Position numbers and translations under genes: made by a program | The notes under the pieces: model-generated | Database searches by the model: none | What the model saw: the letters and a program-made list of their open reading frames with translations, nothing else | Told to the model about the DNA's origin: nothing | Virus record (IMG/VR): IMGVR_UViG_3300036892_000014 | Coordinates: 19,882 to 83,881 of that record | DNA length: 64,000 nucleotides | Source: a virus | Strand: one strand, 5' to 3' | In this document: positions 8,912-17,931 of the stretch, piece by piece | How positions within the stretch are numbered: the stretch's first letter is position 1 | Layout: every line of letters begins with the position of its first letter

Positions 8912-9403
8912 ATGTTCTATGGATTTAAGTCAAGAAGTGCTAGACAAAAGTATTATAAGAAGTGGAATAAAAGAAACAAACATCGCACTAAGAAATATGC
9001 CAAGAAGTGGTATTTAAACAATCGGGATAGGATTCTCAAGAGAGAAAAATCAAGGAAAGTCCGAACCCGAAAGTACAAGACTCGAAGACTGTGGAGAAGC
9101 CGTAATCGACTTCGAGAACTATCATATGGTTTGAAAGCCAAGTACGACATGAGTCTTTCTGGGTATAGAAAGATGTTCAAACATCAGAAAGGAAGATGTG
9201 CGATTTGCGGGAAGAAAGAGTCTATGCGGGATTCAAACACCGGAAAGATTCGTCTTCTCTGTGTAGACCACAATCATAAAACTAAAAAGATTCGTAAACT
9301 CCTATGTTGGCACTGTAACCTTGGCATAGGTATTTTCAAGGACGACTGGAGGCTATTGCAAATAGCATCTAGATATTTGAAAACGAATAAAGGAACTCGG
9401 TAA
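8912..9403 (+). CDS. Free-standing endonuclease VII-family (His-Me) homing endonuclease
   Basis: KY..S..Y..M..QKGRCAICG...LCVDHNH....IRKLLC..CN.GIG.FKDD...L..A..YL; very basic N-terminus; AT-richer than flanks. Confidence 0.9.
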   Translation: MFYGFKSRSARQKYYKKWNKRNKHRTKKYAKKWYLNNRDRILKREKSRKVRTRKYKTRRLWRSRNRLRELSYGLKAKYDMSLSGYRKMFKHQKGRCAICGKKESMRDSNTGKIRLLCVDHNHKTKKIRKLLCWHCNLGIGIFKDDWRLLQIASRYLKTNKGTR

Positions 9404-10056
9404 TGGCACAATCTCAAACGCCGCCGCTTCAGACGCTGACGAATCCCTGGGAAGGACGCAGTGACCTGAAAACCACAAGAGCCACAATAAAACAACTCTT
9501 AGCTGGTGGGACACCCTCGTGGGTCCGTTGGCCGAAGGACTATCGTAGCTTCGCCCAGGAATCGATTCTCGCCGACAAAGAAGTTAGTGATCGGATGACG
9601 TTGCGTTACAAAATGGAAGACCAGGAACTGCTTCTAAATGAAGAGGCACGGAAGGTTAATCCATGGCGTACTCGGAACTTCGTAGAGAAGATGAGGAACT
9701 CGGGCATCAGATGCTATACGATCTTCAATGGATTCCCTCCATCGACGGTCGCACTTTGGGCCTTCAGACCGGGAACAGACCATGTCGTACCCGTGTGTTA
9801 TTTGCAGACCCCGGCGATGTACGAATGGAGCGTGTTAAGGCTCGATAAACGTGGTCTACCAGCGGGAGAATCCTTTCGCGGATGGCGAACCGTTGTCGGG
9901 CAATTGATTGAGAAAGGGATTATTTCAGAGGCGCGAGCCAATGAAATTTTCGGACGACCGTGCGATGGCCCCGTTAGTCGCAGGTACAGAAGAAATATGT
10001 ACTGGCTCCGCAATCGGCGTGAACTAGTGGCAACTCCCGAAGAGATAGAACTGTAA
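9403..10056 (+). CDS. Hypothetical protein
   Basis: 217-aa ORF coupled to upstream stop; RGWRTV motif. Confidence 0.75.
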   Translation: MAQSQTPPLQTLTNPWEGRSDLKTTRATIKQLLAGGTPSWVRWPKDYRSFAQESILADKEVSDRMTLRYKMEDQELLLNEEARKVNPWRTRNFVEKMRNSGIRCYTIFNGFPPSTVALWAFRPGTDHVVPVCYLQTPAMYEWSVLRLDKRGLPAGESFRGWRTVVGQLIEKGIISEARANEIFGRPCDGPVSRRYRRNMYWLRNRRELVATPEEIEL

Positions 10057-10144
10057 AACAGTAGTATCGTCCAGTGGACGTTAAACCATCGCCTAGGACT
10101 ACTAGGACAAGCGCTGGGCTGTGCCCGATGCGCGAGGAAGTACA

Positions 10145-10672
10145 ATGACCGATCAAACACCGGGCGCAACCCCGCAGCCTGCATCATCCGATGCAGCTAC
10201 GTTGCAAATGCTTGTCCAGTTGCTACTGGCCGAACGCCAGGATGCGATGACGGACAGACAGGAAAAGATTCGCGCCATTCAAGAGCGCGAAAAGCAACGC
10301 CGTATCAATTCTGAACATACGCTGGCCGAGAAGAAGACCAGTCAGAAGTTCTGCACTCACAAGAAGAATCAGAAGGGCATTCGTGGTCCGCACGTGGACT
10401 ACGCTGTCTCGTTCCATACTTTTACCAGCGCTGAGAGCTACATACGTTGCTTGATTTGCGGTATGAAGTGGAAGAACAAGGACACCGATGAATACCTGGT
10501 TCGTCGCGGAGAGAAGGTGCCTAACCACACCGGAATGGGGTGGGCAGGCGCTTACAAGATGTTAAGTGAAAGCACCAACACGGCAACATCATCTGAAGTT
10601 CAGTTGACGACAAGTCCCGTTGTACATGCGGCACCGGACTTTGCGACCAACATACGCGCAGTCGAGATTTAA
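10145..10672 (+). CDS. Hypothetical protein with Cys/His cluster (possible Zn finger)
   Basis: GAGGA SD before ATG10145; CTHKK...H...CLICG. Confidence 0.7.
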   Translation: MTDQTPGATPQPASSDAATLQMLVQLLLAERQDAMTDRQEKIRAIQEREKQRRINSEHTLAEKKTSQKFCTHKKNQKGIRGPHVDYAVSFHTFTSAESYIRCLICGMKWKNKDTDEYLVRRGEKVPNHTGMGWAGAYKMLSESTNTATSSEVQLTTSPVVHAAPDFATNIRAVEI

Positions 10673-10823
10673 CCTAAAGTATCCGGCACGGCGGATTATA
10701 CTCTCGGACTCCGATGCAATTCCGAGATTCCCCAGGAGATAACTCTGTACATTCATTTCTAATCATCACTAGACTACGGGTAGCGAACGGGTCTGGTGAC
10801 CCGCCGCCTTAGTCCTCTTAAAC

Positions 10824-10968
10824 ATGACTCACTCTACGAAGCCTCAAAACCTGATAGGAAAACGATTTGGAAAGTTACTTGTTCTCAAACAAACTGCGAG
10901 CAAAAATCGCGTTAGACGTTGATAAGTTTAAGGAGCATATCAAGAAGATTGCTTCTTACGTAGATTAA
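10824..10968 (+). pseudogene. Internally deleted HNH-type homing endonuclease remnant
   Basis: N-terminus MTHSTKPQNLIGKRFGKLLVL matches the 'L.GKRFG.L.V' module of phage HNH/AP2 endonucleases. It is joined out of frame to LDVDKFKEHIKKIASYVD*, a typical C-terminus. Confidence 0.65.
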
Positions 10969-10972
10969 AAAT

Positions 10973-12316
10973 ATGGCTAACTTCCCTAATTCACAAGCGA
11001 CATATACGTTGCAGAACATGCTCGACAAGGTGCTCCCTCTTGGAGATGTGCGCCCAGTCTTGAGTGAAATTGCCGGTTACCAACTTGAACCATTCATTAC
11101 GATCTGCACCGACGTTTATCGCGAAATCGTAGGTGTGCCGTTTCCTCACAAGTGGAATGAAATCCAGTGCCCGCAATTTTATACGAACAGCCTTCAACAA
11201 GATTATGTGCTTTTGAATCCAGACGGTACCAGTTTTTATAATCTAGAATGGTTGGAGCGCGGCATGGCTGTCGAGATGACATCAAACGTGCTCCCGAAGC
11301 CATGGGGCTATGTTGAGTGCGGTCGTCAACTTCCTGCGGTAACGGGCACCATCGAACAGTTTGCCGGATGGGAAAATCCCACCTTCGTCTGCAACACCTT
11401 TCCAAATTACATGTTATACTACGGAACCTGGGGCGCGAACAAGGCATCGGCATCGCAAGGAAATAACCCAGAGCCTGGAAGACCCATCTTCAATCCGCTA
11501 GGCGCGTCAGTCCTGGCCGCCACATACACTGCTGGCACAATCATTTTCACACTTAACTATGTTCCACAGGGTCTCATCGTTGGCGGTAACATGACCGTTG
11601 GTGCTGCGTTCCCGCGTACGTATAACAACACGTACGTCATTACTGCTATCCTAGGAAACAATATTACTGTAACGTCTGTGATAAATCCGGGCGTATATGA
11701 AGCAGGTGGAATCATATCGGTTCTCGGAAACGACAACACGCCATACTTGTTCAGTCTGTCCCAACTTCAGAATCCAATTTGCCAAATCAAAGACACAAAT
11801 GGAAACCTTCAGGTTGTGACACAGTACGGAGTCTGTGGACTCAATCAACCAGCATGGCCTGCATCGAATGCTGCGCCAGGAACCCAAACGAATGACGGGA
11901 CAGTCATATGGACGGTTGCCGATCCGAACGGCATGGGGGTTCGTATTCTTCCTGTTCCGAATCAAAGTGGGGTTGTGTTTCAGATTAATCTAGTCGGACA
12001 GATGCCAGCAATCCAGTTCACGGATTTGTCAGACACGATTGCACCGCTCCCAAATAAGTACGAGAGTTACTTCCGTCAGGGTGTCATCGCGCAGTGTTAC
12101 CGCTACAGCCCCGATCCGAAGATACGCGCAAAGTTTGATATAGAATTTAAGTTGTGGAAGTTGACGTTGAATGATCTTCGTGCTGCGGAAGATCGTGAAC
12201 TCGAAGAGAACCGTTTCGTTCCTGAGCAGTCTATTTGGTCACGTGGCGGTTCACGTGGTGGTACTTGGCGCGGAGCAGGATATCCGTTCAACTATCCGGG
12301 TGGTACGGGATACTAA
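10973..12316 (+). CDS. Head-tail adaptor / tail tubular protein A-like, with inserted modules
   Basis: Position after capsid genes; P.KWN and C-terminal helical adaptor pattern shared with 28215..29162; contains one DTNGNLQ..P.W...TNDGTVIW repeat. Confidence 0.55.
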   Translation: MANFPNSQATYTLQNMLDKVLPLGDVRPVLSEIAGYQLEPFITICTDVYREIVGVPFPHKWNEIQCPQFYTNSLQQDYVLLNPDGTSFYNLEWLERGMAVEMTSNVLPKPWGYVECGRQLPAVTGTIEQFAGWENPTFVCNTFPNYMLYYGTWGANKASASQGNNPEPGRPIFNPLGASVLAATYTAGTIIFTLNYVPQGLIVGGNMTVGAAFPRTYNNTYVITAILGNNITVTSVINPGVYEAGGIISVLGNDNTPYLFSLSQLQNPICQIKDTNGNLQVVTQYGVCGLNQPAWPASNAAPGTQTNDGTVIWTVADPNGMGVRILPVPNQSGVVFQINLVGQMPAIQFTDLSDTIAPLPNKYESYFRQGVIAQCYRYSPDPKIRAKFDIEFKLWKLTLNDLRAAEDRELEENRFVPEQSIWSRGGSRGGTWRGAGYPFNYPGGTGY

Positions 12317-12486
12317 TGGACATTAAGAATGTAGGCGCGGCAACGCCGGTAAACACATTAGACACGATGCCAAAACCGTTGACTGCGCACGAGCTAGTAG
12401 AACCGCCGATAGCGAACACCACACCACCGGATTTATTTAAGGCAGCGAGTTATAAGACGGCTCGCAAGACTCGTCAGCAAGGATAA
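12316..12486 (+). CDS. Small hypothetical protein
   Basis: TAATG coupling to upstream gene; 56 aa. Confidence 0.5.
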   Translation: MDIKNVGAATPVNTLDTMPKPLTAHELVEPPIANTTPPDLFKAASYKTARKTRQQG

Positions 12487-12488
12487 AG

Positions 12489-13562
12489 ATGGCACCAGCA
12501 TTTGTACAAGCAGTCGGATCAACCCAACTTAATCCTGCTTCGCCGACCGTATCATTCGGTTCAAATGTGTCTGCGGGTAACGCGATCATTGTGTATGGTG
12601 GTTCTTATCTCTCTGGAACTACAATAAGTTCTGTAACCGATAACCTGGGTAATTTATACACTGAGATTCCAAATGGGTCAGGAATACATGCAAATATCAC
12701 GTGGAGCATCTGGGCGACGTTCAGTATCACAGGCGGCGCTTGTACGGTAACCGTAAACTACGGCAGTGGTAGCAGCAACGCAAGAATCGCAATTGCAGAA
12801 TATTCTGGTGTATCATCGTTCGATCAAACAAGTAACGAACAGGGACTTGCGTCAAGTGGGCCAACTGCGATCTCTTCGGGGAACGTCACCACAACATCAG
12901 CATCGGAGATGCTAGTCGGAATCGGTTTTATTAATAATGACGGGGCTGTTTTCACGCCAGGTACTGGGTTTTCTTTAGACCTGAATAACGTCGATACTAC
13001 CTTGAGTACGTTACTCTTTATCGAAGATATGGCGGTATCATCGATAGGAAGTTATGCAGCAACAGGGAGTTTCACCGGCTCATTTTTCGGTTGGAGCTTA
13101 GCACTTGTAACTCTTGTTGGAGCCGCCGTAATACCTCCAACAGGATCGTTTAATCTTCAAGGTAATGCGGGAGTCCCATTCGCCAGCGTATCGTTGACGG
13201 GGACTGCTACTGCAACAGTGACAGCGGATGCGAACGGCACGTACACGTTCGAGAACCAAACGACGGGCACGTATACGATCACGCCGACCTTGGCAACTTA
13301 CACATTCACACCTACCACGCATAGCGAGACAATCACAACCGCCGACATCTACGGCATTAACTTCACGGCGGTGAATGCGTCGGCAGCCACGTCCGTTATC
13401 GATTCACGTCCCGCTCCGAATTCAACCGTGGACATTGAAGATACGCAATTTTATATTCCTGCTAACCCACCGTCCCATCTACTACCCGTGGATTCGAGAG
13501 CAGCGGGCGCACCAGTTGATTCGAGGATAAGCATTCCAGAGAATTCAAGGACAGAGGCATAA
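12489..13562 (+). CDS. Virion surface protein with beta-sandwich and Ig-like (carboxypeptidase-regulatory-like) domains
   Basis: Ser/Thr/Gly beta-rich N-domain; ASVSLTG....TADANGTYTF....GTYTITPT; C-terminal DSR repeats. Confidence 0.6.
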   Translation: MAPAFVQAVGSTQLNPASPTVSFGSNVSAGNAIIVYGGSYLSGTTISSVTDNLGNLYTEIPNGSGIHANITWSIWATFSITGGACTVTVNYGSGSSNARIAIAEYSGVSSFDQTSNEQGLASSGPTAISSGNVTTTSASEMLVGIGFINNDGAVFTPGTGFSLDLNNVDTTLSTLLFIEDMAVSSIGSYAATGSFTGSFFGWSLALVTLVGAAVIPPTGSFNLQGNAGVPFASVSLTGTATATVTADANGTYTFENQTTGTYTITPTLATYTFTPTTHSETITTADIYGINFTAVNASAATSVIDSRPAPNSTVDIEDTQFYIPANPPSHLLPVDSRAAGAPVDSRISIPENSRTEA

Positions 13563-13563
13563 C

Positions 13564-14253
13564 ATGGCTACCGAAGCAGAACTTTCGCAACAGATAGTGG
13601 CGCTACACAAGCGCCTACTGAAGATGGAACAGGAACACACCTCGCGCAGGGGTCTGCCTGGTGAGAGGGGCGAGGCTGGTGCGCCTTCTTTTATTCCCGG
13701 GCCGCAGGGAGTACAGGGAATTCCCGGCCAATCTATTCGCGGTGAAAAAGGCGATTCAGTGCGCGGAGAAAAAGGTGAGCCAGGAATTTCTAATACACCG
13801 GGACCCCCTGGGGCGAACGGGGCAGACGGAAGAGATGGCATCGATGGAAAGAACGGTGTAGATGGAAAATCCGGCAGAGACGGAAAGAACGGAGCGGACG
13901 GGAAAAACGGCGTAGATGGAAAAGATGGTACCGATGGAAAGAACGGTGTAGACGGAAAGCCGGGCATAGACGGTAAGAACGGAGTAGACGGGAAAGATAG
14001 CATCGACGGAAAAGACGGTATCAATGGAAAGAATGGCATCGACGGAAACCCCGGCACAAATGGGAAGAACGGTCTTGACGGCAAAGATGGTGTCAACGGT
14101 AAAGATGGTGTCGATGGCAAAGACGGCATCGGAACACCAGGCCCCCGTGGACCAGCTGGAGACATTTCTGCTGCCCTGTCCAACTGCGAAAAGTATGTAC
14201 AGACAGAGTTAGCTGCTTTCAGAAAAGAAATTCTTAGTCTTTTAGCCAAGTGA
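13564..14253 (+). CDS. Collagen-like (Gly-X-Y) fibre protein
   Basis: Long GxDGKN/GKDGVD triplet repeat. Confidence 0.9.
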   Translation: MATEAELSQQIVALHKRLLKMEQEHTSRRGLPGERGEAGAPSFIPGPQGVQGIPGQSIRGEKGDSVRGEKGEPGISNTPGPPGANGADGRDGIDGKNGVDGKSGRDGKNGADGKNGVDGKDGTDGKNGVDGKPGIDGKNGVDGKDSIDGKDGINGKNGIDGNPGTNGKNGLDGKDGVNGKDGVDGKDGIGTPGPRGPAGDISAALSNCEKYVQTELAAFRKEILSLLAK

Positions 14254-14370
14254 AAACAACTTCGATTCCTATCTTTTTCATGTTCTCAGCGAAGAGATAC
14301 TGCTCCCGTCGTATCCCGTCATTCAAACTTTTGACTTCTTCTAGTAGAAGCTCTAGGGAAACAAATTCTC

Positions 14371-14398
14371 TTGACAATCGCTAGAATCTGAGTACAAT
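14371..14398 (+). promoter_or_regulatory. Sigma70-type promoter of the XRE gene
   Basis: TTGACA-N16-TACAAT. Confidence 0.65.
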
Positions 14399-14425
14399 GT
14401 GTACAGCTGTTGGAGGTAGCTCACC

Positions 14426-14764
14426 ATGGCAACTGCTATGTCGACTCGTACCGATGAACTTCGAGCATTCAAGAAAGAGGTCGGCACCATTGACGTGAAG
14501 GTTGATGCGGAATTTCAGAGAGCACTGCGGACGGCTCAGGAGCTGCTGGAGATGTCGGATCAGGAGATTGGCGACGCGCTTTCGGTGAGCCACCCCACCG
14601 TGAATCGTTGGATAAACGGCACGAACCTTCCTTACAACGCGATGAGGAAAGTGGTGTTGAGTTGGATTTATGAAAAACTGGCCGCGAAGGTGCGGACAAT
14701 TGAGGGATTCAGGCCCCATTCAATGACCGCACAACTCTCGAATATAGCCCCTAGAATCTTTTAG
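14426..14764 (+). CDS. XRE-family helix-turn-helix transcriptional regulator
   Basis: SDQEIGDALSVSHPTVNRWINGTNLP; own promoter and GGAGGT SD. Confidence 0.8.
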   Translation: MATAMSTRTDELRAFKKEVGTIDVKVDAEFQRALRTAQELLEMSDQEIGDALSVSHPTVNRWINGTNLPYNAMRKVVLSWIYEKLAAKVRTIEGFRPHSMTAQLSNIAPRIF

Positions 14765-14889
14765 CCTTCTTCGAGTCGGTTCGAAGCCAAATACACGCAA
14801 AGCCCTGTGAATGTGTCCAGCGCTTTTTCCTAGTTGTTTTGCAATGCACATGCAGTTTACATAGTTCATTTTGTAGTCCTCCACTCTGT

Positions 14890-14918
14890 ATAGTATCACA
14901 GTTGGAGGTGATTGTCAA
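14890..14918 (-). promoter_or_regulatory. Sigma70-type promoter, antisense to the structural operon
   Basis: TTGACA-N17-TACTAT with TG extension. Confidence 0.65.
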
Positions 14919-14930
14919 GGACTAATTTTC

Positions 14931-17930
14931 ATGGCAACAGCACCCCCGAATTCAAGCAAGCCGACGACAGCAATTCCCGTTGCGGGAGACTACAACGTAA
15001 CTGCACCCGTTCTTATTGACGGGCAGGCTACTGCGCTGCAAGTCGATGTAAACGGTAACCTGAAGACGACGAGCACTGGCGGCGGCGGTGGAAATGTAAA
15101 TCTTACGGGTATCAACGGCACCGCTCCGTCACTGACGAATCCCCTCGCTGTAGAACTGAGCGACGGCACGAATCCGCTAGGCGTGTCGGGCAATCCTCTT
15201 TATGTTACAGGCACTATTAGTGCGTCGAACCCAAGCGTTGGTGCGACAGGTGTGGCTGCTCCGACATCTGCGACTGAGATAGGTATTATTGTTGCCGGTG
15301 ATCTCGAAGGTGTGAGTTCTTCCAACCCTCTTCCGGTAAGCGGTACGGTAGCAGTTTCAAACTTCCCAGCGACGCAACCAGTCAGCGGAACGGTAACCGC
15401 CGTACAACCTACTGGAGCAAATCTTCACGTTGACGTGGATAACTCTGTTGCTGTTACCGGAACTTTCTTCCAGGCAACACAGCCTGTAAGTGGAACCGTA
15501 GCAGTTTCAAACTTCCCGGGAACACAACCTGTTTCAGGTACAGTCGTTGCAGAGATAGAAGGTCATGCAGGCGCGACACTGGACAGTGCTGCGGGCACTC
15601 CGAACGCTCAAGCGGTTACCGTTCAAGGTAACGCTAGCGGCGTCCCTGTTCCGGTAAGTGGAAGCGTAACGGTAACGCAAGCAACGGGCGCAAATCTTCA
15701 CGTTGATGTGGACAATTTCCCGGCAACGCAACCAGTCAGTGGAACGGTAGCCGTTTCGAACTTCCCAGCAACACAGCCTGTTAGCGGAACTGTCGTTGCA
15801 GAAATTGAAGGTCACGCTGGAGCAACATTGGACAGTGCTGCGGGTACCCCGAACGCTCAAGCAGTTACGATTCAAGGTAATGCGAGCGGTGTACCTGTTC
15901 CGATATCAGGAACTGTTACGGCCACGGTCGCAAGCACGACGATCACAGGCAACGTTACGGTTGTTCAACCTACGGGAACCAATCTTCATACAGTTGTTGA
16001 TTCGGGAACCATCACGGCTGTCACAGCGATCACGAACGCTCTACCTGCGGGTACGAACACCATCGGGAAGGTGGACATCCTCGGCAACGCGGGCGCGATT
16101 CTAGACGGGACAGCGGGAACACCATCGGTTGGCGTCTTGACCGTTCAAGGTGTTTCAGGCGGAACAGCGCAGCCAGTTTCAGGAACGGTAGTCGCAGAAA
16201 TCGAAGGTCACGCAGGAGCGACACTCGATAGCGCTGCGGGTACTCCGAACACACAGGCCGTAACGATTCAGGGTAATGCAAGCGGAGTCCCGGTTCCTAT
16301 TTCTGGTAGCGTGACAGCTACGGTAGCCAGCACCACGATCACAGGCAATGTAACAGTCGTACAGCCGACGGGTTCGAACCTTCACGTAGACATTGACAAC
16401 ACGGTTCCCGTAACCTTGGCATCAACGACGATCACCGGTACGGTCGCGGTAGACGGCGCACTCACGAATAATAACGCAGCACCAACCGCGACGCTTCAAG
16501 GAATTCTTGGAGCAATCGCGGAAACTGCGTACAGCACGGTTACTTATACGACAGGCGATATGGTTTTGCCTGTTACAGATTTGCACGGCGCACTCAACTT
16601 TGATCTACAAGCCTACGCGGGAACCGCGCTAGGTGCAGGTTCCAACTACGGAACATCACCGGGCGCTGTAAACGTCATGGGTGTAAACGCCTTCATTACG
16701 AACACACCAGCGTTTACGCTTGCTAGCACCACGATCACAGGTACGGTAGCCGTTGACGGGGCACTGACGAATAACAATGCTGCGCCTACCGCAACGCTTC
16801 AGGGCGTCCTAGCCGCGATTGCGGAAACTGCGTACAGCACAGTCACCTACACGACGGGAGATATGGTTCTTCCGGTCACCGACTTGCATGGCGCTCTAAA
16901 TCAAGACCTCCAAGCTGTTGCAGGTGTAGCACTCGGCGCAACGGCTGTAACCACTTATGGCGGCACCCCTGCTGCCGTGAACGTTCCTGCGGTGAACGCG
17001 GCGATTACGAACACGCCTGCGGTTACTCTGACGAGTACGACGATTACGGGAACGTCTACGATTGCGGGAAACAAGACGAACAACAACGCAGTCCCTGGCG
17101 CTACGAATCTCGGCGTGTTGCCAGCTATCGCTGCGACGGTGTATACGACCAACACTTATACCAACGCCGACCAAGTTGCGCTCGTAACGGATTTGAACGG
17201 CGCTATCAATACTGATTTACAGGCTGTTGCTGGAAATGCCGTTGTTACGGCCACGACCGGCGTTCAGTTGGTGGGTATCGAAGGTCACGGCGGCGCAGCA
17301 CTCGACGCGGTTACGACCGCAGCCACAGCCCCAGTGAACGGTCTCGCCGTACTTGACGTGTACACAGCAACCGTGCCCGTCTTGACCACGGGTCAGTCTC
17401 TCGCATTGCAAGCCGACACAACTGGCGGACAGTACGTAAACCAAGAAGGTCGCAAGGCAACGTTTGCGTGCCAAATAATTTCTGGTACCGCAGTTTCAGG
17501 CGGTAACTTTGTTTTAGTTGGATCGGCCACTAAGGTCATTCGTATCACGCGTGTAGTATTTTCTGGTTATGCAACGGCTGCTGGGTCTACTTCTGTTGGC
17601 TGCCAAATCTCCACGCCGTATACGGGTGGAACGTCATCTACAACCGGTACCCAAATTGGACCATTCGATAGTGCTAGTGCTGCGGCCACCGCCACGAGAT
17701 TAGTATACACCGTAGCTCCCACTGGCGGGGGATCACCGCAGTCATATCCGATTACTTTTAATTACACTTTCGCGGCAGTTGCAACGGGGAACATCTATAC
17801 TTGGGATTTTGGTAACCGCGCCGCGGGTTGTCCGGTCTTGCGCGGTACGTCGCAGATTTTTGCATTGTTTATTTCTGTTGCGCCAGCAACTTGCACGTAT
17901 ACTTGCGAATTCGAATGGACAGAGGAATAA
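14931..17930 (+). CDS. Repeat-rich beta-strand fibre/spike protein (999 aa)
   Basis: Multiple QPVSGTVAVSNFPAT and IEGHAGATLDSAAGTPN repeats; C-terminal domain ending FEWTEE. Confidence 0.75.
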   Translation: MATAPPNSSKPTTAIPVAGDYNVTAPVLIDGQATALQVDVNGNLKTTSTGGGGGNVNLTGINGTAPSLTNPLAVELSDGTNPLGVSGNPLYVTGTISASNPSVGATGVAAPTSATEIGIIVAGDLEGVSSSNPLPVSGTVAVSNFPATQPVSGTVTAVQPTGANLHVDVDNSVAVTGTFFQATQPVSGTVAVSNFPGTQPVSGTVVAEIEGHAGATLDSAAGTPNAQAVTVQGNASGVPVPVSGSVTVTQATGANLHVDVDNFPATQPVSGTVAVSNFPATQPVSGTVVAEIEGHAGATLDSAAGTPNAQAVTIQGNASGVPVPISGTVTATVASTTITGNVTVVQPTGTNLHTVVDSGTITAVTAITNALPAGTNTIGKVDILGNAGAILDGTAGTPSVGVLTVQGVSGGTAQPVSGTVVAEIEGHAGATLDSAAGTPNTQAVTIQGNASGVPVPISGSVTATVASTTITGNVTVVQPTGSNLHVDIDNTVPVTLASTTITGTVAVDGALTNNNAAPTATLQGILGAIAETAYSTVTYTTGDMVLPVTDLHGALNFDLQAYAGTALGAGSNYGTSPGAVNVMGVNAFITNTPAFTLASTTITGTVAVDGALTNNNAAPTATLQGVLAAIAETAYSTVTYTTGDMVLPVTDLHGALNQDLQAVAGVALGATAVTTYGGTPAAVNVPAVNAAITNTPAVTLTSTTITGTSTIAGNKTNNNAVPGATNLGVLPAIAATVYTTNTYTNADQVALVTDLNGAINTDLQAVAGNAVVTATTGVQLVGIEGHGGAALDAVTTAATAPVNGLAVLDVYTATVPVLTTGQSLALQADTTGGQYVNQEGRKATFACQIISGTAVSGGNFVLVGSATKVIRITRVVFSGYATAAGSTSVGCQISTPYTGGTSSTTGTQIGPFDSASAAATATRLVYTVAPTGGGSPQSYPITFNYTFAAVATGNIYTWDFGNRAAGCPVLRGTSQIFALFISVAPATCTYTCEFEWTEE

Positions 17931-17931
17931 A

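Larger units (their letters stand above)
14234..14869 (-). pseudogene. Disrupted HTH + VRR-NUC-like endonuclease gene, centre replaced by an opposite-strand XRE gene
   Basis: Promoter, GGAGG SD and ATG14869 give MNYVNCMCIAKQLGKSAGHIHRALR (HTH-like). The orphan 3' part (about 14350-14234) reads EEVKSLNDGIRREQYLFAENMKKIGIEVVF, matching the VRR-NUC EVKxxxDxxxxxQ...G..V motif. Confidence 0.5.

Noticed and set aside
13800-14130. CRISPR-like or ncRNA repeat array
   Set aside because: Repeats are degenerate 9/18-nt coding units of Gly-X-Y with no unique spacers. I saw no CRISPR array in the window.
13545-14249. 234-aa - strand ORF
   Set aside because: Antisense shadow of the collagen repeat (P/F/S periodicity).
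17779-17931. Upstream extension of ORF 17779..18885
   Set aside because: Overlaps the previous gene; the ATG at 17932 right after its stop is the plausible start.
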